Shown here piece by piece: positions 36,970-46,743 of a DNA stretch of 64,000 nucleotides. This DNA comes from an uncultured Enterobacteriaceae bacterium (GTDB taxonomy: Bacteria > Pseudomonadota > Gammaproteobacteria > Burkholderiales > SG8-39), in NCBI GenBank assembly GCA_964651335.1, contig CAZYVT010000005.1:7719-71718 (forward strand), written 5' to 3'. Both the position numbers and the translations under genes were made by a program. The notes below the pieces were generated by a model, which saw nothing but the letters and a program-made list of their open reading frames with translations, did not search any database and was not told the origin of the DNA. Every line of letters begins with the position of its first letter. Position 1 is the stretch's first letter.

Positions 36970-39900
36970 TTGAGCATCCGCGTCCGGCTTTTGCTTCTGA
37001 TCCTGTTTGCGATGCTCGTCCCGGCGCTGGTGGGCGGGATGCAGTTTCTTGAACGTCGCGACTCCGAGATCGCCGCCGCGCGGCAAGACCTGGCCGCGGC
37101 GGCTCGACAGGTTGCGCAAGACCTCAAGGATACGGTCCGGGGCACGGCGCAGCTTCATTACGGATTGTCCCGGGCGCGGGATCTCGATACGCAGGACCGG
37201 GCGGCCTGCTCCGCCTTCCTGGCCGATGTGCTGAAGGAGCATCCGCAGTACACCGGGATACTCACCATAAAGCCGAATGGCGAGCTGTTTTGCGATTCGC
37301 TGCGTACCGGCAGGACCTTGAACCTCACGGACCGCCGTTATTTCCAGCAGGCGCTCAACTCCAGGAACCCGCTCGCCGTCGAGCCGGCGTTCGGCCGCCT
37401 GACCGGGATCGCGGTCCTGCAGATCGCCTACGCCGCGCGGCGCGAAACGGGCGAGCCGAAGTTCGTGCTGCTCGCATCGCTGAACCTGGAAAAGACCATG
37501 CAGTCGCGTTCGCAGACGCTGCCAAGACAAAATGCGGTGATCGCGCTCGTGGACGGCAAGGGAACCGTCCTCACCTGGCACCCCGACGGAGAAAAACTGC
37601 GCGGCACGTCCATCGCCGATTCGCCGCTGTTTCGCTTTGCCCGGGACCCGCAGGGCGAGGAGGTGCGCGAGGATATCGAGTTCGGTGGAACATCCCGGAT
37701 CTGGGCGGCGAGCGCATTGCCCGGGTTCCCCGAAGCGGGGCTGCACGTCCTGGTCGGGGTATCGAAGAACGATTTGCTCGCGGCCGCGAATCGAAACCTG
37801 AGTCAGGCACTGGCAACCCTGGTGGTTGTCTGGTTGCTGGTATTTGCCGGCGCGTGGATGCTGGTGGACCTGGGCGTGCGCCGCCAGGACGCGGCGCACC
37901 CGATGGCCGAGTCCAGCGGGGAACGCATTCGCAACCGCCAATTCGTGTGGCGACCGCTTGCCGTATTCCTGGTTTTTACAGTCCTGGTCGTGGGGGCGGG
38001 TTATGCGTTTTTCGAGCAGCTCACGCAATCGGCCAAGTCCGATGCCGCGAAAGAACTCGCCTCGATCGGCAAACTGAAGGCGGAGCAGATCCGCTACTAC
38101 ATCGAGAGATACGAAAAAAACGCCCGCTCGATCGCCCGTCTGCTGGGACAAGGCGCCCTGACAGACTGGCTGGGCCGCAGCACGGCTGAAATGCCCGCGC
38201 CATGGCGGGAATCGCTGCGGGAAGTGATGCGAAACCGGGGCGACGACGCCTTGCTGATTCTCGACCCCGGCGCGAATATCCGCTTCGGCGTGGGGCAATA
38301 CACCCGACTCACCGCCGAGGGCCGGCGGCTCGCGCTCAAGGCGGCGACCGAAACCATCCCCGTCACCTCGGACATCTATCCGGGCGATCCTTCGGCGCCC
38401 GATCAGGCCTTGCTGGACATCTTTCTCCCGATCATGAGCCCCGATCGCCCCGATGCGGCGGGCGTGCTCGTCCTGCGCAGCAATCTGGCTTATCTGTATG
38501 GCCTCATTCAAACCTGGCCGGTGGAAAGCCGCAGCGCGGAGTCGGTCCTGGTGCGCAAGGCGGGCGACCACGCGCTGTTTCTCAATGAGCTCCGCTTTCG
38601 CAAGCAGACGGCGCTGCGCATGCGCGTGCCTTTGTCCGCCGGCAAGGATGTTCCGGCGTGGCCCGCCACCGTTGCCGCGCGCGGCGAAACCGGCGTCTGG
38701 GAGGCGCTTGATTATCGCAGCCATCTCATCCTTGCCTATTCGCTGCCAGTGCCGGACACCGGCTGGGGGATGGTGGTGAAGGTAGATCTGGACGAAGTGC
38801 TCGCGCCGGTGGAGAAGCTGAGAACCGCCACCATCGGTGTTACCGCCGCTTTCGTTTTTCTTGCGCTGCTGGCGTTGCTGGCGTGGCTGGGGGCGGTGCG
38901 CAGAAAAATGGACCGGGAACTGGCTGAGGGCCAGCGCATCCACGAACTCAATGAGCAGTTGGAACAGCGGGTTCTCGAGCGCACGGCGGGATTGGAATCC
39001 GCCAACCGGGAGTTGAATCGCGAAATCATCGAGCGTGAGCAGGTGCAGGTGGCGTTACGCATGAGCGAGGAGCGGTCCCGGACGATGGTCGAGAGCGTCA
39101 AGGACTACGCGATCATCATGCTGGACGCCGGCGGGTGCGTAGAGAGCTGGAACGCGGGTGCCGAACACATCAATGGCTACCGGGCCGAGGAAATCGTGGG
39201 GCAGCATTTTTCGCGCTTCTACCCCAAGGAGGACATCGATCGGGGCAAGCCCGAGCGGGAGCTGGAGACTGCCATCTCCGAAGGACGTTTCGAAGACGAG
39301 GGCTGGCGCGTCCGCAAGGACGGCTCTCGATTCATGGCCAACGTGGTGGTCACGGCGCTGCGCGACAAGGCCGGGCAAGCGCGCGGTTTTGCCAAAGTCA
39401 CGCGTGACATCACCGAGCCCAAGCGTGCCGAGGAGGAGCTGCGCTTGGAGCGCGGCAAACTGGTGGCGGCGTTTGACAATACGGAAATAGGTTTGGTGTT
39501 GTGCGATGGACAAGGCGGCGACATCTCCATGAATGCGGCCGCCCTCAAATTCCATGGTTTCACCTCCACGGAAGAGATGCACCGGAGGGTTGAAGAATAC
39601 GCGGATGAGTGGGAGCTGCGTTATCCCGACGGCCGGATCATGCCGTATGACGAGTGGCCGCTGCCGCGCGCCATGCGCGGCGATCACGTGCGCGACTACG
39701 AAACCCATTTACGCAACCTCAAGACCGACTACGAATGGGTCTGCAGCTACACGAGCGCGCCCGTGCGGAACAGCGCTGGCGAAGTCATCCTCATCGTCAT
39801 GACGCTGCTCGACATCACCGTTCGCCGCCGCGCGGAACAGCAGGTGCAGGAGCAACTCAGGCGGCTAGGCCAGTTGGTCGAAGCCGTGCCCGACGGCGTC

Positions 39901-40983
39901 GTCATCGCCGATCGCGACGGCCGCATCGTCAGGGTGAACCGGCAGACCGAAACCCTGTTCGGCTATGCGCGTGACGAGATTCTCGGCCAGCCGGTCGAAA
40001 TGCTGATTCCGCAGCGGCTTGCCGGCGGCCATGGCGCAAATCTCCGCGGTTATTTCGCCGCCCCGCTCATTCGTCCGATGGGCAACGGGCGCGAGCTGCT
40101 GGGGCGGCGCAACGACGGCAGCGAATTCCCCGCCGACATCAGCCTCGCCCCCTTGGAGACGTTGGAGGGAATGCAGGCGATCGCCACGGTCCGGGATGCC
40201 ACCGAGCGAAAGCGCGTGGAGGAGGAAATCCGCCGGCTCAATGCCGACCTGGAGCGGCGCGTCCAGGAGCGCACGCAGGCGTTGGAGGCGGCTAACACGG
40301 AACTGGCGTCCTTTTCCTACTCCGTCTCGCACGACCTGCGCTCGCCGCTGCGGCACATCGCCGGCTATGGGGAAATGCTGGCCAAGTCCGTCGCGGGGCA
40401 GCTCTCCGAGAAGGCGCAGCGCTATCTGAAAATCATCCTGGATACGAGCAGCGAGATGGGCCAGCTCATTGACGACCTGCTCGCCTTTTCCCGCATGGGT
40501 CAGGCGGAGATGCACGAAGCCGGTATTTCCCTGAACGACCTGGTGCAGGAAGTTCTCGGCAACCTGGAGATGGCCACGCGCGGGCGCGATATTGCGTGGA
40601 CCATCGCACCGTTGCCTGGCGTGACCGGCGATGCCTCGATGCTCAGGCAGGTGTTCGTCAACCTGTTGGACAACGCGGTCAAATACAGCCGCGGGCGCGA
40701 GCCGGCGAAAATCGAGGTCGGCTGCGCCGGGCAGGAGGAAGAACGCTTCATCCTGTACGTGCGCGACAATGGCGTCGGTTTCGACATGCAATATGCAGGC
40801 AAGCTCTTCGGCGTGTTCCAGCGGCTGCACCGCGCCGAGGAGTTCGAGGGCGCGGGCGTCGGCCTGGCCACCGTACGGCGTATCATCACCCGCCACGGCG
40901 GTCGGGTCTGGGCCGAGGCTCGGCCTGGCTACGGCGCCACTTTTTATTTCACCCTGAAACCGGGGACGGCAAACTCGCCTTAG
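36970..40983 (+). CDS. Multi-sensor histidine kinase (2 extracytoplasmic Cache-like domains, 3 PAS, HisKA, HATPase)
   Basis: SYSVSHDLRSPL, NLLDNAVKY, DNGVG, GAGVGLA; four TM stretches. Confidence 0.92.
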   Translation: MSIRVRLLLLILFAMLVPALVGGMQFLERRDSEIAAARQDLAAAARQVAQDLKDTVRGTAQLHYGLSRARDLDTQDRAACSAFLADVLKEHPQYTGILTIKPNGELFCDSLRTGRTLNLTDRRYFQQALNSRNPLAVEPAFGRLTGIAVLQIAYAARRETGEPKFVLLASLNLEKTMQSRSQTLPRQNAVIALVDGKGTVLTWHPDGEKLRGTSIADSPLFRFARDPQGEEVREDIEFGGTSRIWAASALPGFPEAGLHVLVGVSKNDLLAAANRNLSQALATLVVVWLLVFAGAWMLVDLGVRRQDAAHPMAESSGERIRNRQFVWRPLAVFLVFTVLVVGAGYAFFEQLTQSAKSDAAKELASIGKLKAEQIRYYIERYEKNARSIARLLGQGALTDWLGRSTAEMPAPWRESLREVMRNRGDDALLILDPGANIRFGVGQYTRLTAEGRRLALKAATETIPVTSDIYPGDPSAPDQALLDIFLPIMSPDRPDAAGVLVLRSNLAYLYGLIQTWPVESRSAESVLVRKAGDHALFLNELRFRKQTALRMRVPLSAGKDVPAWPATVAARGETGVWEALDYRSHLILAYSLPVPDTGWGMVVKVDLDEVLAPVEKLRTATIGVTAAFVFLALLALLAWLGAVRRKMDRELAEGQRIHELNEQLEQRVLERTAGLESANRELNREIIEREQVQVALRMSEERSRTMVESVKDYAIIMLDAGGCVESWNAGAEHINGYRAEEIVGQHFSRFYPKEDIDRGKPERELETAISEGRFEDEGWRVRKDGSRFMANVVVTALRDKAGQARGFAKVTRDITEPKRAEEELRLERGKLVAAFDNTEIGLVLCDGQGGDISMNAAALKFHGFTSTEEMHRRVEEYADEWELRYPDGRIMPYDEWPLPRAMRGDHVRDYETHLRNLKTDYEWVCSYTSAPVRNSAGEVILIVMTLLDITVRRRAEQQVQEQLRRLGQLVEAVPDGVVIADRDGRIVRVNRQTETLFGYARDEILGQPVEMLIPQRLAGGHGANLRGYFAAPLIRPMGNGRELLGRRNDGSEFPADISLAPLETLEGMQAIATVRDATERKRVEEEIRRLNADLERRVQERTQALEAANTELASFSYSVSHDLRSPLRHIAGYGEMLAKSVAGQLSEKAQRYLKIILDTSSEMGQLIDDLLAFSRMGQAEMHEAGISLNDLVQEVLGNLEMATRGRDIAWTIAPLPGVTGDASMLRQVFVNLLDNAVKYSRGREPAKIEVGCAGQEEERFILYVRDNGVGFDMQYAGKLFGVFQRLHRAEEFEGAGVGLATVRRIITRHGGRVWAEARPGYGATFYFTLKPGTANSP

Positions 40984-42282
40984 CCGGGAGAGGACGGTAC
41001 AAGTTCATGGACCCGCTGCCACGAATCCTGTTGGTCGAAGACAGTCCCCGGGATGCAGAACTGGTGCTCGAGGCGCTGGCTGACTTCCACGTGGCCAACG
41101 AGGTCCTCCATGTGCGCGACGGCGTGGAGGCGCTGGATTACCTGTATCGGCGCGGCGAGTTCGCCGGCCGGGGCAACGGCCAGCCCGCCCTGGTGCTGCT
41201 CGACCTGAAGATGCCGAGGGTGGACGGGATGGAAGTGCTGCGCCAGATGAAGGGCGATGCGAATCTCACCCGGGTCCCGGTGGTCGTCATGACCTCGTCG
41301 CGCGAGGAGCAGGATCTGGCGGAATGCTACGCGCTGGGCGTCAACGCCTACGTGGTCAAGCCCGTGAAGTTCCCTGATTTCATCGAAGCGGTGAAGCAGT
41401 TGGGGGCGTTCTGGGCGGTGCTCAACGAGCCGCCGCCGGGCAGCGTTCGGCGGGACGACCGGCGCTGAGCCCGGGCATCCAGGAAAGCCGTTCAACGCCA
41501 ATACCCGGAATGAAACCTGCGATCCGAGTGCTGCATCTGGAGGACAGCCTGCGCGATGCGGAGCTGATTCGGAAAACGCTGGAGGCGGAGGACTTCGCCT
41601 GCGAGATCGTTCACGTCGTGGACAAGGAGAGTTACGAGTCCGCAGTGGCAAACGGCTCCTTCGACCTCATTCTTTGCGACTACAACGTTCCAGGCTATGG
41701 CGGAGCGGCGGCTCTCAAGCTGGCGCGGGAAAAGCAGCCAGGCGCAGCCGTGATCGTCATTTCGGGCGCAATGGACGACGCAGAGGCGGTGCAGTGCCTG
41801 AAATTGGGTGCGACGGACTACGTGCTCAAGCAGCGGCTGGTGCGGCTGGGTCCCGCGGTGCGCCGCGCCCTTGAGGAGGCCGAAGAACACCGGCAACTGC
41901 GAAAGGCCCAGGAGGAGTCTCGGCGGAGCGAGCAGCGTTTCCAAGTCCTCTTTGAGGGCTCGCCCGATGGCATCGTCATCGCCGGCCGCGACGGTCGCAT
42001 CCTCAGGGTCAACCGGCAGACCGAAACCCTGTTCGGCTACGCGGGCGAGGAGCTGCTCGGCCAGCCGGTCGAAGTGCTGATTCCGCAGCGGTTCGCCGGC
42101 GGTCACGGCGAGCTTCGCCGCGGTTATTTCGCCGCCCCGCGCATTCGTCCGATGGGCAACGGGCGCACGCTGTATGGGCGGCGCAAGGATGGCAGCGAAT
42201 TTCCGGTCGACATCAGCCTCGCCCCCCTCGAAACGCCGGAGGGAATGCGGGCGATCGCCGCGATCCGGGACGCGACCGAGCG
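39889..42282 (+). repeat. Duplicated 320-bp PAS-coding segment (39889-40208 and 41963-42282)
   Basis: Long shared DNA blocks, e.g. AACCGGCAGACCGAAACCCTGTTCGGCTA and TGCTGATTCCGCAGCGG. Confidence 0.85.
41007..41468 (+). CDS. Single-domain response regulator (Rcp1-like)
   Basis: LLVED, LLDLKMP, MTSS, VVKP. Confidence 0.93.
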   Translation: MDPLPRILLVEDSPRDAELVLEALADFHVANEVLHVRDGVEALDYLYRRGEFAGRGNGQPALVLLDLKMPRVDGMEVLRQMKGDANLTRVPVVVMTSSREEQDLAECYALGVNAYVVKPVKFPDFIEAVKQLGAFWAVLNEPPPGSVRRDDRR

Positions 42283-44026
42283 CCGCCGCGCCGAACAGCG
42301 GGTGCACGAGCAACTCGGCCGGCTCGGGCTGCTCCACCAGATTACCCGCGCGATCGGCGAGCGGCAGGACCTGAAGAGCATTTTCAGGGTCACGCTCGGC
42401 GACATCGAGAAAAACCTGCCGCTCGATTTTTCCGTCATTTGCACTTACGACCCGGTCGACTACCGGCTCACGGTGGACACGGTGGGCGCGCACAGCCAGC
42501 CGCTCGCCGAAGCGCTTGGCCTGACCGAAGGCACCGCGCTTAACATCGATTCGAATGGCTTGAGCCGTGCCATACGCGGCGAACTGGTGCACGAGCCGGA
42601 CACCGCCGGCGTGCAACTGCCGTTCTCGACGCGACTGGCGCAGGCAGGCTTGCGCACGCTCGTGGTCACGCCGCTCGCGATCGAGAGCAAGATCATGGGT
42701 GTTCTCATCGCCTGCCGGCGTGAGGCGCATAGCTTTAACAGTATCGAATGCGAATTTCTGCGGCAGTTGAGCGAGCACGTGACCCTCGCCGCGCAGCATG
42801 CGCAGTTGCATGATGCGCTGCAGCGCGCTTACGACGATCTGCGCCAGACGCAGCAGGTCGTGATGCAGCAGGAGCGCCTGCGCGCGCTCGGCCAGATGGC
42901 GAGCGGCATCGCGCACGACATCAACAACGCCATTTCTCCGGTATCCCTGTATGTCGAATCGCTGCTGGAGCACGAAACCGGGCTGAGCGAGCGGGGCCGG
43001 GCGCACCTGGCGACGATCGCCCGGGCCATCGACGACGTGGCCCATACGGTGTCCCGGATGCGCGAATTCCACCGGCAGCGCGAACCGCAATTGGTGCTCC
43101 TGCCGGTGCAGCTCAATCGTGTTGTGCACCAGGTCGTGGATCTGACCCGGCCGCGATGGAGCGACCAGGCGCAGAAACAGGGCCACGTCATCGAGCTGCG
43201 CACGGATCTGGCGCACGAGCTGCCGCAGGTGATGGGCATCGAGAGCGAATTGCGCGAGGCGCTGACCAATCTGGTTTTCAATGCGGTGGACGCGATGCCG
43301 GAGGGCGGCGCATTGACCCTGCGCACCCGCATGATGATCTGGGGCGAGCGTGCCAACGCGACGCCGACCCATGTAGTGCTCGAGCTGATCGACACCGGCA
43401 TCGGCATGAACGAAGACACCCGCCGCCGCTGCCTCGAGCCGTTCTTCACCACCAAGGGGGAGCGCGGCACCGGTCTTGGCCTCGCAATGGTGTACGGTGT
43501 CATGGAACGCCACAGCGCGGAAATCGAAATCGATAGCGAACCGGGAAAGGGCACGACGGTGCGCCTGGTGTTCCCGGTCCCGCGCACGACCATAGGCGAT
43601 ACCAAGCGGCCGACGATCTCCGCGGCCGATATGCCTGCGCTCAATCTGCTCATCGTGGATGACGACCCGATGCTTTGCCGGTCGCTGCGCGACGCGCTTG
43701 TCTCCGAGGGGCACCGGGTTGCGATCGCGGACACCGGCCAGGGCGGCATCGATATGTTTCGCGACGCCTTGGAGCGCGGCGTGCCCTACGAAGTCGTGAT
43801 CACCGATCTCGGCATGCCTTATGTGGACGGCCGGGCGGTGGCGCGTGCAGTGAAGCAGGCATCCCCGGCGACGCCGGTGATCATGCTGACCGGCTGGGGC
43901 ATGCGCATGTCGGAAAATGGCGACGTGCCCGCGCATGTGGATCGCATCCTCGGCAAACCGCCGAAAGTACGCGAGCTGCGCGAAGCGTTGTACGTCCTCA
44001 CGCGGGGCAAGGGAACGGCGGGGTAA
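41510..44026 (+). CDS. Hybrid kinase REC-PAS-GAF-HisKA-HATPase-REC
   Basis: ILCDY, IAHDINN, NAVDAM, GTGLGL, ITDLGMP. Confidence 0.93.
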   Translation: MKPAIRVLHLEDSLRDAELIRKTLEAEDFACEIVHVVDKESYESAVANGSFDLILCDYNVPGYGGAAALKLAREKQPGAAVIVISGAMDDAEAVQCLKLGATDYVLKQRLVRLGPAVRRALEEAEEHRQLRKAQEESRRSEQRFQVLFEGSPDGIVIAGRDGRILRVNRQTETLFGYAGEELLGQPVEVLIPQRFAGGHGELRRGYFAAPRIRPMGNGRTLYGRRKDGSEFPVDISLAPLETPEGMRAIAAIRDATERRRAEQRVHEQLGRLGLLHQITRAIGERQDLKSIFRVTLGDIEKNLPLDFSVICTYDPVDYRLTVDTVGAHSQPLAEALGLTEGTALNIDSNGLSRAIRGELVHEPDTAGVQLPFSTRLAQAGLRTLVVTPLAIESKIMGVLIACRREAHSFNSIECEFLRQLSEHVTLAAQHAQLHDALQRAYDDLRQTQQVVMQQERLRALGQMASGIAHDINNAISPVSLYVESLLEHETGLSERGRAHLATIARAIDDVAHTVSRMREFHRQREPQLVLLPVQLNRVVHQVVDLTRPRWSDQAQKQGHVIELRTDLAHELPQVMGIESELREALTNLVFNAVDAMPEGGALTLRTRMMIWGERANATPTHVVLELIDTGIGMNEDTRRRCLEPFFTTKGERGTGLGLAMVYGVMERHSAEIEIDSEPGKGTTVRLVFPVPRTTIGDTKRPTISAADMPALNLLIVDDDPMLCRSLRDALVSEGHRVAIADTGQGGIDMFRDALERGVPYEVVITDLGMPYVDGRAVARAVKQASPATPVIMLTGWGMRMSENGDVPAHVDRILGKPPKVRELREALYVLTRGKGTAG

Positions 44027-44047
44027 CGACCCGCGAGGAGTTCGGCC

Positions 44048-45979
44048 ATGCTGGCGCCCGCTGAACCGCTTGCGAGAATACTCGTCGTCGATGACGAGGC
44101 GGCGCTCGTCACCGCCTTGTGCGACACGCTGAACCAGCAGCGCTACCAAGCGTACGGATTCACTTCGGCCCGGGTAGCGCTCGTCGTCCTGCGCGAGTCG
44201 CGCTTCGATATCCTGCTCGCCGACCTGTCCATGCCCGAGATGGACGGTGTGACCCTGCTCAAGGCCGCGCTCGAAGTCGATCCGGACCTGGTCGGGATCA
44301 TCATGACCGGACAGGGGACGGTCCGGACGGCGGTCGAGGCGATGAGGATCGGCGCCTTCGACTATATCCTCAAGCCGTTCAACCTCAACACGCTTCTTCC
44401 CGTAATCACCCGGGCGACACAGATGCACCGGCTGCGCGGCGAGAACATCCAGTTGCGCGCCGTGCTGTCGATCTATGAGCTGAGCACCGCTGCTGCCTTT
44501 ACGCTGGATGCGGGGCGACTTCTGGACGATCTGGCCGTATTCGCCGCGCGCCAGTCCCCGCACGCTGACACGGCCATCCTGCTCGCGAGCGAGAATGCCG
44601 GCGAGCTGCGTCTGGCAACGGCGAGCGGGCCGGGTTGGGCCACGCAGATCGGCGCTGTTTTTCCGTTCCATGCGCGCCTCGCGAGCTGGGTCGAAGAATG
44701 CCGCAAAGCGCTTGCGGACGCGGCGCCCGGAATGATCTCTGCGCTCGCCGCGGAACATCCGTTGCTGGCCGAATTCGGCGGTGTCGCGCTGCCGATGATC
44801 GCGCAGGCGCAACTCGTCGGCATTCTGATTTTCAGGAAAACCGAGGGGCGACCCGCCACGCCTGGACAGATCAAGGCGCTCGAAGTGCTGGCCGGCATCG
44901 GCGCTTCGGCGCTTGCGGCGGCAAGGCTTCACGAGCACGTCAGGGACGCCGAAGAGCGCTACCGCACGCTGTTCGATGCCAGTCCAGTTCCGTCCTGGCT
45001 GATCGACCCCGAAAAGCTTCGATTTCTGGCAGCCAACGGCGCCGCGGTGAGCAACTACGGCTTGTCGAGCGAGGAATTCATTGCGATGTCGGTTACGGAA
45101 ATATGGATGCCAGAGGATCGCGAGGAGTTACTGGCATTATTTGCCGAGCGGCGCGGCGCTCCACGCGCGCCACCGCCGTTCCGGAGCCTGTGGCGTCACC
45201 GCAAGAAAGGCGGCGAAATCATCGACGTCATGGTGAATGCGCAGCCCATCGAATTGGCCAGGCACAATCGCTGCATCGTTACCGCGGTGGACATTTCGGA
45301 TCGCCTTGCGGCCGAAGCGCGGCTCTCGACCCTGTCGCGCCGGGTGCTCGAGGTGCAGGAAACGGAGCGCCGCACGGTGGCGCACGAGCTGCACGACGAA
45401 ATCGGCCAGGCGCTCACCGCGGTGAAACTCAGTATGGATGTGCTGCGGCGCGCTCCGGGCGCTCACGTCGATCCCGTCGCATTCGGCGAGACGATGGAAT
45501 TGGTGGACAACGCACTTCGACAGGTGCGCGGCCTGACGCTCAATCTGCGCCCGACCGTGCTGGACGACCTCGGCCTGGGGCCGGCGCTGCGCTGGCTGGC
45601 CGGGCGCCAGCAAAAGCTCACCGGCGCGCGCGTGGAGGCCGACATCGATCTGCCCGCGGCGAGGCTCGATCCGGCGATCGAGACGGCCTGTTTCCGCATC
45701 GCGCAGGAAGCCATCACCAACAGCCTGCGCCATGCACGGGCGCAGCGCATTTCGCTTTCAAGCCGCATCGAAGACGGCGCGGTGACGCTGATGGTCGCGG
45801 ACGACGGCGCCGGCTTCGATCTCGCCGCGGCGCGCGCGGCGGGGGCGGAGGGCCGCAGCGCCGGGCTGACAGGAATGGAGGAACGCGCCCGTCTTGCCGG
45901 CGGCGAGCTCGAGGTGCGCCCCGCGCGTGGCGGCGGCACCGAAGTGCGGGCGCGCTTTGCGCCCCGCGGCGCCGCATGA
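44048..45979 (+). CDS. Sensor kinase REC-GAF-PAS-HisKA_3-HATPase
   Basis: ADLSMP, ERRTVAHELHDEIGQAL, QEAITNSLRHA, DDGAGF. Confidence 0.93.
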   Translation: MLAPAEPLARILVVDDEAALVTALCDTLNQQRYQAYGFTSARVALVVLRESRFDILLADLSMPEMDGVTLLKAALEVDPDLVGIIMTGQGTVRTAVEAMRIGAFDYILKPFNLNTLLPVITRATQMHRLRGENIQLRAVLSIYELSTAAAFTLDAGRLLDDLAVFAARQSPHADTAILLASENAGELRLATASGPGWATQIGAVFPFHARLASWVEECRKALADAAPGMISALAAEHPLLAEFGGVALPMIAQAQLVGILIFRKTEGRPATPGQIKALEVLAGIGASALAAARLHEHVRDAEERYRTLFDASPVPSWLIDPEKLRFLAANGAAVSNYGLSSEEFIAMSVTEIWMPEDREELLALFAERRGAPRAPPPFRSLWRHRKKGGEIIDVMVNAQPIELARHNRCIVTAVDISDRLAAEARLSTLSRRVLEVQETERRTVAHELHDEIGQALTAVKLSMDVLRRAPGAHVDPVAFGETMELVDNALRQVRGLTLNLRPTVLDDLGLGPALRWLAGRQQKLTGARVEADIDLPAARLDPAIETACFRIAQEAITNSLRHARAQRISLSSRIEDGAVTLMVADDGAGFDLAAARAAGAEGRSAGLTGMEERARLAGGELEVRPARGGGTEVRARFAPRGAA

Positions 45980-46632
45980 GCGCGCGCATCCGCGTGCTGC
46001 TTGCGGACGATCACGCGCTGGTGCGCGCGGGACTGCGCGCGCTGCTCGTTGCGCTCGCGGATGTCGAAGTCGTCGCAGAGGCGGCCAACGGCCGCGATGC
46101 GGCGCGGCTGGCGCGCGAGCATCATCCCGACATCGCCATGATCGACATCACCATGCCGGAGCTGAACGGCATCGACTGCACCCGGCGCATCGTGCAGGAC
46201 TGCCCCGGAACGCGGGTCTTGATCCTGTCCATGCACGCCGACGAGATCTACGTGCGCGAGGCGATCCAGGCCGGCGCCACCGGTTATATGCTCAAGGACG
46301 CCGCGCCGGGCGAACTGGAGCTGGCGCTGCACGCGCTCATGCGCGGCGAGAACTACGTCGCTCCAGGCGTCGCGCGCCACCTGATCTCCGGTTTCGTGCA
46401 CGGTGTCCCAGCCGACGCTCCGGCCGGCCCCGAGCTGACGCCGCGCCAGCGCGAGGTGCTGCAGTTGATCGCCGAGGGCCGCGGCACCCGCGACATCGCC
46501 GAGCGGCTCAATCTGTCAGTCAAGACCATCGAGACCCATCGCGCGCAGTTGATGGAACGCCTCGGCATCCACGACGTCGCCGGGCTCACGCGTTACGCGT
46601 TGCGAATCGGGCTGGTGCGCGAGCCGCGCTGA
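45976..46632 (+). CDS. NarL/LuxR family response regulator
   Basis: LLADDH, IDITMP, LTPRQREVLQLIAEG...KTIETHR. Confidence 0.95.
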   Translation: MSARIRVLLADDHALVRAGLRALLVALADVEVVAEAANGRDAARLAREHHPDIAMIDITMPELNGIDCTRRIVQDCPGTRVLILSMHADEIYVREAIQAGATGYMLKDAAPGELELALHALMRGENYVAPGVARHLISGFVHGVPADAPAGPELTPRQREVLQLIAEGRGTRDIAERLNLSVKTIETHRAQLMERLGIHDVAGLTRYALRIGLVREPR

Positions 46633-46652
46633 CTTCGAGGGACCCCGGGGGG

Positions 46653-46743
46653 GCGCACCCCCGGTTCAGGGTATCCAGGTCCTCGCTTCAGGGTTTCCCC
46701 GATGGGACGACCTGCCGCGTTCCGGTACGGTTGGCGTCGATGA
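46653..46743 (+). promoter_or_regulatory. ~90-bp duplicated promoter region (box copy 2)
   Basis: TCAGGGTTTCCCCGATGG at 46688; TACGGT at 46726; closely matches 49939-50031. Confidence 0.75.

Noticed and set aside
45894..46739. N-terminal extension of the 1337-aa GGDEF-EAL ORF
   Set aside because: Overlaps the NarL gene in another frame; the real start is probably ATG 46740
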